Both the position numbers and the translations under genes were made by a program. Under the pieces are notes generated by a model that was not told where the DNA came from, ran no database searches, and was given only the letters and a program-made list of their open reading frames with translations. 64,000 nt of DNA from an uncultured Thermoleophilia bacterium (GTDB lineage: Bacteria > Actinomycetota > Thermoleophilia > UBA2241): NCBI GenBank assembly GCA_963702475.1, contig CAVPCT010000003.1, positions 96,001-160,000 of the forward strand, written 5' to 3'. This document shows, in pieces, positions 59,618-64,000 of this stretch; positions within the stretch are counted from its first letter, which is position 1, and each line of letters begins with the position of its first letter.

Positions 59618-60415
59618 ATGCCGCGCAAGGGGCGGGTCGAGGGCAAGGTCGCCCTCATCACAGGGGTCGCCAAGACCAACAGCATCGGCTTCAACACGGC
59701 GAGGGTGCTCGGCGAGGAGGGCGCGCTGCTCGCCATCGTCGATATCTCGGACCGGGTCCACGCCTGCGCCGAGGTGCTCCGCGGGGAGGGCTTCGAGGTC
59801 GGGTCGTACACCGCCGACCTCACGAAGATGGACGAGGTGCGCGCCGTGGTCGCCCAGGCGGAGGGATGCTTCGGACGCATCGACGTCCTCGTCAACAATG
59901 CCGGCATGGTGATCGAGGGGATGGAGGAGGATTTCACCGACTTCGCCCATCTCAGCGAGGAGCAGTGGGACTTCGGCATCGCGATCAACCTCAAGACGCA
60001 GTTCAACGTCACGCGCTCGGTGATCGACGGCATGATCTCCCGCGGGTACGGGCGCATCGTGAACATCTCGTCGGTCACGGGGCCGGTGGTCGCCAACCCC
60101 GAGGAGTCGGTGTACTGCGCGGCCAAGGCCGGCGTGCTGGGAATGACCCGTGGCCTCGCGCTTGACGTGGCCAAGTACGGCATCACCGTGAACGCGGTGG
60201 GGCCCGGCTGGATCGACACCGGGTCCACCACCGAGGGCGAGCGCGCCGGCGCCGAGAACACGCCGATGGGCCGCGCGGCCACCCCCACCGAGGTGGGCAA
60301 GCTCGTGTGCTTCCTCGGCTCGGACGACGCCAGCTACATCACCGGACAGCTCGTGGTGATCGACGGCGGCAACACCATCCAGGAGTACAAAGGGCCGAGC
60401 GGACTCTACTACTGA
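59618..60415 (+). CDS. SDR family oxidoreductase
   Basis: ITG..IG, NNAG, YCAAK, NAVGPG. Confidence 0.9.
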   Translation: MPRKGRVEGKVALITGVAKTNSIGFNTARVLGEEGALLAIVDISDRVHACAEVLRGEGFEVGSYTADLTKMDEVRAVVAQAEGCFGRIDVLVNNAGMVIEGMEEDFTDFAHLSEEQWDFGIAINLKTQFNVTRSVIDGMISRGYGRIVNISSVTGPVVANPEESVYCAAKAGVLGMTRGLALDVAKYGITVNAVGPGWIDTGSTTEGERAGAENTPMGRAATPTEVGKLVCFLGSDDASYITGQLVVIDGGNTIQEYKGPSGLYY

Positions 60416-60444
60416 CCGTGATGCACGCCTGAGGGAGGCTCGCG

Positions 60445-60747
60445 ATGTCCGACGTCAAGTACCTCTTCATCTTCATCACGCCCGGCTGTGACCCGGCCGT
60501 CCACCGGTGTGCGATCGAGACGCCTGAAGGACCCACCACCACTGTGGGCGTCGGCGGCGTAGGTCAGGCCTGCGAGGTGGCGAAGGCCGCAGTGGCGGGC
60601 GGTGCGGCCGACTTCATCGAGCTGTGCGGCGCCTTCGGGGAGGAGGGCTGCCGCGAGGTCATCGAAGCCGTCGGGAACAGAGTACCGGTCGGGTACGTGA
60701 CGTACTTCCCCGGAGACTCGGAGCGAGTGGACGCGCTCTTCTCGTGA
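60445..60747 (+). CDS. Small DUF6506-like protein
   Basis: FIF..P..D, TVGV, IELCGAFG, VPVGYV. Confidence 0.7.
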   Translation: MSDVKYLFIFITPGCDPAVHRCAIETPEGPTTTVGVGGVGQACEVAKAAVAGGAADFIELCGAFGEEGCREVIEAVGNRVPVGYVTYFPGDSERVDALFS

Positions 60748-60829
60748 CCCGCGGGCGGCGGCCTCCCACCGGGGCGGGACAGGGGCCGGCGCCCGTGGCG
60801 CCGGCCTCCCGGCGGTTGTAGACTGCGTT

Positions 60830-60849
60830 CATTGAAGGACCGTTCAATG
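60830..60849. promoter_or_regulatory. Palindromic operator (TetR-like)
   Basis: CATTGAA-GGACCG-TTCAATG, 20 nt upstream of the SDR start. Confidence 0.55.
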
Positions 60850-60869
60850 TTTCGACCCTGGGGGGCCAG

Positions 60870-61658
60870 ATGAGCGAGGGCACTGGCGGCAGGACCGTGG
60901 TCGTCACCGGGGCAGCCGGAGGAATCGGGGCCGCCGTCGCGCGGCGCTTCGCGGAGGCCGGCGACACGCTGGTGCTCGGCGACCTCGACGCGGTGCGCCT
61001 CGAGGAGCTGGCCGGGCAGCTCGCCGCGCTCACGGCGGTGCACGGGGTCGCCTGCGACGTGAGCGTGCCTGCCGACTGCGAGAACCTGATGGTCACGGCG
61101 GCGGAGGACGCCGGCGGCGTGGACGTGCTCGTCAACACCGCCGGCGTGTGGACAGAGGGCCCCAGTGAGCTGACCACCGAGGATGAGTGGGACAGGGTCC
61201 TCGACGTGAACCTCAAGGGCACGTTCTTCTGCTGCAGGTACGCGATCCCCTACCTCAGGAAGTCACAGGGCTGCATCGTGAACCTCAGCTCGGACGCCGG
61301 TGTGGTCGGCACCCCGGAGACGGCGGTCTACACGGCCTCCAAGGGCGGCGTCAGTCTGCTCACCAGGTCACTGGCGCTCGAACTCGCGCCTCACCTGGTG
61401 CGCTGCGTGGCCGTCTGCCCGGCCGACGTCATGACGCCGATGCTCGAGGGGCAGGCGCGCGACTTCGGCGGCGGCGACCCCGAGGGCTACTTCAAACGCC
61501 TCCTGGCCAGCTACCCGCAGGGCGAGAGCGCCCGCTTCATCACGCCTGAGCAGGTGGCCGAGCTCATCCACTACCTTGCGAGCCCGGCCGCGACGCCGAT
61601 CACGGGAGCTCTCATCAGCATCGACTACGGCACCTCGGCCGGCTACGGCTACGACTGA
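60870..61658 (+). CDS. SDR family oxidoreductase
   Basis: TGAAGGIG, NTAG, YTASK. Confidence 0.9.
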   Translation: MSEGTGGRTVVVTGAAGGIGAAVARRFAEAGDTLVLGDLDAVRLEELAGQLAALTAVHGVACDVSVPADCENLMVTAAEDAGGVDVLVNTAGVWTEGPSELTTEDEWDRVLDVNLKGTFFCCRYAIPYLRKSQGCIVNLSSDAGVVGTPETAVYTASKGGVSLLTRSLALELAPHLVRCVAVCPADVMTPMLEGQARDFGGGDPEGYFKRLLASYPQGESARFITPEQVAELIHYLASPAATPITGALISIDYGTSAGYGYD

Positions 61659-61766
61659 CGGTCGTGGGCCAGGGAGCGTACGCGAAGATGCTGTCCCCAC
61701 ACGACGGGCGACGCCGTGACCGCCGGCACACCGTACAGTCCCAGAGGAAGGAGCGCACGCCGCACA

Positions 61767-63176
61767 ATGGCTGACAAACCGTTCATCCACCCGTACATCC
61801 CCAACTCGGTGCCCGCCACCAAACAGGCCATGCTCGACGAGCTGGGGCTGAGCAGCGTCGAGGAGATCTTCGCGGAGATCCCCGAGCGCCTGCGCTTCAA
61901 AGGGACGCTGGACATCCCGCCGGCGATCCTCAGCGAGCGTGCGCTGCGCAAGCACGTCCAGGGGCTGCTCGACAAGAACACCTCGTCCGTCGACTTCCTG
62001 AATTTCTGCGGCGCCGGCTGCTGGCAGCACCACGTGCCGTCGGTCGTGGACGAGATCATCAATCGGGCCGAGTTCGTCAGCGCCTACTGCGGCGGCGACT
62101 ACTCCGACCTCGGCAAGTACCTCACGCGCTACGAGTTCAACAGCATGCTCGGCGAGCTGCTCGACCTCGACGGCGTCGCCAACCCCATCTACGACTGGGG
62201 CGACGTGGCCGGGCGCTCGTTCCGCATGGCCCGGCGCATCACCGGCCGCGACAAGGTGCTCGTGCCGGCGCACATGAGCCCCATGCGCCTCATGGAGGCG
62301 CGCACGCTCTGCCAGCCGGAGGCGATGCCCAACAGCACCAAGATCCGCTTCTACGAGTGGGACCGCGAGACCGGTATGGCCGACCTCGCGGACCTCGAGG
62401 CCAAGCTCGACGACTGGTACGCCGCCGTGTACTGGGAGAGCCCGAGCTACCTCGGGACGATCGAGGCGAACGGCGCGCGCGATCGTGGAGCTGGCGCACG
62501 CCGTCGGCGCGCTGGCCATCGCCGGCGTCGACCCCATCACGCTCGGCGTGCTCGCGCCGCCCGGCGCGCTGGGCGCCGACATCGCCTGCGGCGACATCCA
62601 GCCGCTGGGCATGCACATGCACGCCGGCGGCGGCTGCTCCGGGTTCATCGGGTTCCGCGACGACGACCCCGTGTTCGCGCAGGAGTGCCCGCTCGAGCTC
62701 TACACCGTCATGGAGACGAAGACGCCCGGCCAGTACGCCGTGGGCGAGGCGCATCGCCGAGCGCACCAGCTACGGCTCGCGCGACCAGGGCAAGGACTGG
62801 GTCGGCACGGCCTCGGGCCTGTGGACCATCGCCGCCGCCGTGTACATGGCGCTCATGGGCCCGCAGGGCTTCAAGGAGGTCGGCGAGACCTGCATCGCCC
62901 GCTCGCACTACGCGGCCAAGAAGCTCGGCGAGCTGCCGGGCGTGGAGGTCAAGCTGTCGTCCGTGCTTCTTCAAGGAGTTCGTCGTGGACTTCAGCGGCA
63001 CCGGCAAGACGGTGGCCGAGGTCAACAAGGGCCTGCTGGACTACTGCATCTTCGGCGGCAAGGACCTCAGCGCCGAGTTCCCGGAGCTCGGCCAGAGCGC
63101 GCTCTTCTGCGTCACCGAGTACTACGACAAGGACGACATCGACATCCTGGTATCGTCCGTCGCGGAGGTGATCGTC
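61767..63176 (+). CDS. Divergent GcvPA-like PLP enzyme subunit (three frameshifts)
   Basis: HPYIPNS, NFCGAGCWQHHVP, PIYDW, LAPPGALGADI, ALMGPQG, FFKEFVV, LFCVTE; frame changes at about 62475, 62750 and 62960. Confidence 0.82.
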
Positions 63177-64000
63177 ATGACCGCCGAGACGCCTCAGGAG
63201 AAGGTCGCCGGTCTCGCGAAGCTGCGCCGTGACGGCGGCGTGCTGCACGACTACCGCGCCGCGCGCTGGGACGAGCCGTTCATCATGGAGCAGGGCACGC
63301 CGGGCGAGCGCGGCATCTTCGTGCCGCTCGCCGAAGAGGCCGTGACGGCCGAGGTCGGCGCGGCGGCGGACTACATCCCCGAGGGGATGGCCCGCGCCGC
63401 CGCGCCGGAGCTGCCGGAGATGGCCCAGTACCAGGTCATGCGCCACTACCTTCGGTACGCGCAGATGACGCTGGGCATGGACCTCGGCAGCGACATCAGC
63501 GAGGGCACCTGCACCATGAAGTACTCGCCCAAGCTGCACGAGGAGCTCATCCGCGGCCACCGCGCCGCCGACCTGCACCCGTGGCAGGACGAGGACACCC
63601 TGCAGGGCCTGCTCGAGATCGTCTACCGGACCGGCCAGTACCTGAAGGCCATCAGCGGCATGGACGCCTTCACACTGCAGCCCGGCGGGGGTTCGCACGC
63701 GGTGTACACGAACGCGTGCGTCATGCGCACGCTACTTCGAGGCCAGCGGCGAGCTCGACCAGCGCAACGAGATGATCACGACGATCTTCTCGCACCCGTG
63801 CGACGCGGCCACGCCCATGGTGGCCGGCTTCAAGGTCATCACCGTCATGCCGGACGAGAACGGCTACCCGGACCTCGAGGCCTTCCGCGCCGCCGTCAGC
63901 GAGAAGACGGTGGGCTGCATGATCACCAACCCCGAGGACACCGGCATCTACAATCCGCAGATCGACAAGTACGTGGAGATCCTGCACGACGCCGGCGCCC
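63177..64000 (+). CDS. Divergent GcvPB-like subunit (partial; frameshift at about 63730)
   Basis: GGAGGTG RBS before ATG 63177; WDEP, LPEM..VMRHY, EGTCTMKYSPK, LHPWQ, LQPGGGSH, ITNPEDTG. Confidence 0.82.
   Translation, partial: MTAETPQEKVAGLAKLRRDGGVLHDYRAARWDEPFIMEQGTPGERGIFVPLAEEAVTAEVGAAADYIPEGMARAAAPELPEMAQYQVMRHYLRYAQMTLGMDLGSDISEGTCTMKYSPKLHEELIRGHRAADLHPWQDEDTLQGLLEIVYRTGQYLKAISGMDAFTLQPGGGSHAVYTNACVMRTLLRGQRRARPAQRDDHDDLLAPVRRGHAHGGRLQGHHRHAGRERLPGPRGLPRRRQREDGGLHDHQPRGHRHLQSADRQVRGDPARRRR

Overview
A very GC-rich bacterial chromosome segment, probably from an anaerobic Thermoleophilia-like actinobacterium (inferred from codon usage and gene families). No rRNA, tRNA, CRISPR array or mobile element is visible. 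From left to right it holds: (1) a candidate novel RiPP operon with a twin-Arg-leader PqqD/RRE, a radical SAM/SPASM maturase, a 185-aa precursor with a YxxPxL leader and eight C-[TS]-C motifs, and a secreted TPR protein; (2) a Trk K+ uptake/APC-USP operon; (3) SDR, ThDP decarboxylase, HAD and IMPase genes; (4) a GT-C glycosyltransferase cluster with two B12 radical SAM enzymes; (5) a UGA-recoded DsbA/FrnE selenoprotein; (6) secreted proteins carrying two recurring C-terminal domain types, mostly ending in -TVK; (7) a glycine-riboswitch-controlled gcvH-gcvPA-gcvPB-lipM-lpdA-lipA operon without gcvT; (8) beta-propeller proteins and three tandem IPT/TIG paralogues; (9) selD(Sec)-orf-selA-selB; (10) a giant HTH-multiGAF-HD-GYP-Cache-GGDEF protein; and (11) an SDR/DUF6506-like cluster with a second, strongly divergent GcvP pair. 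Several single-base frameshifts look like long-read errors. All calls come from motif recognition by eye; no database searches were run.
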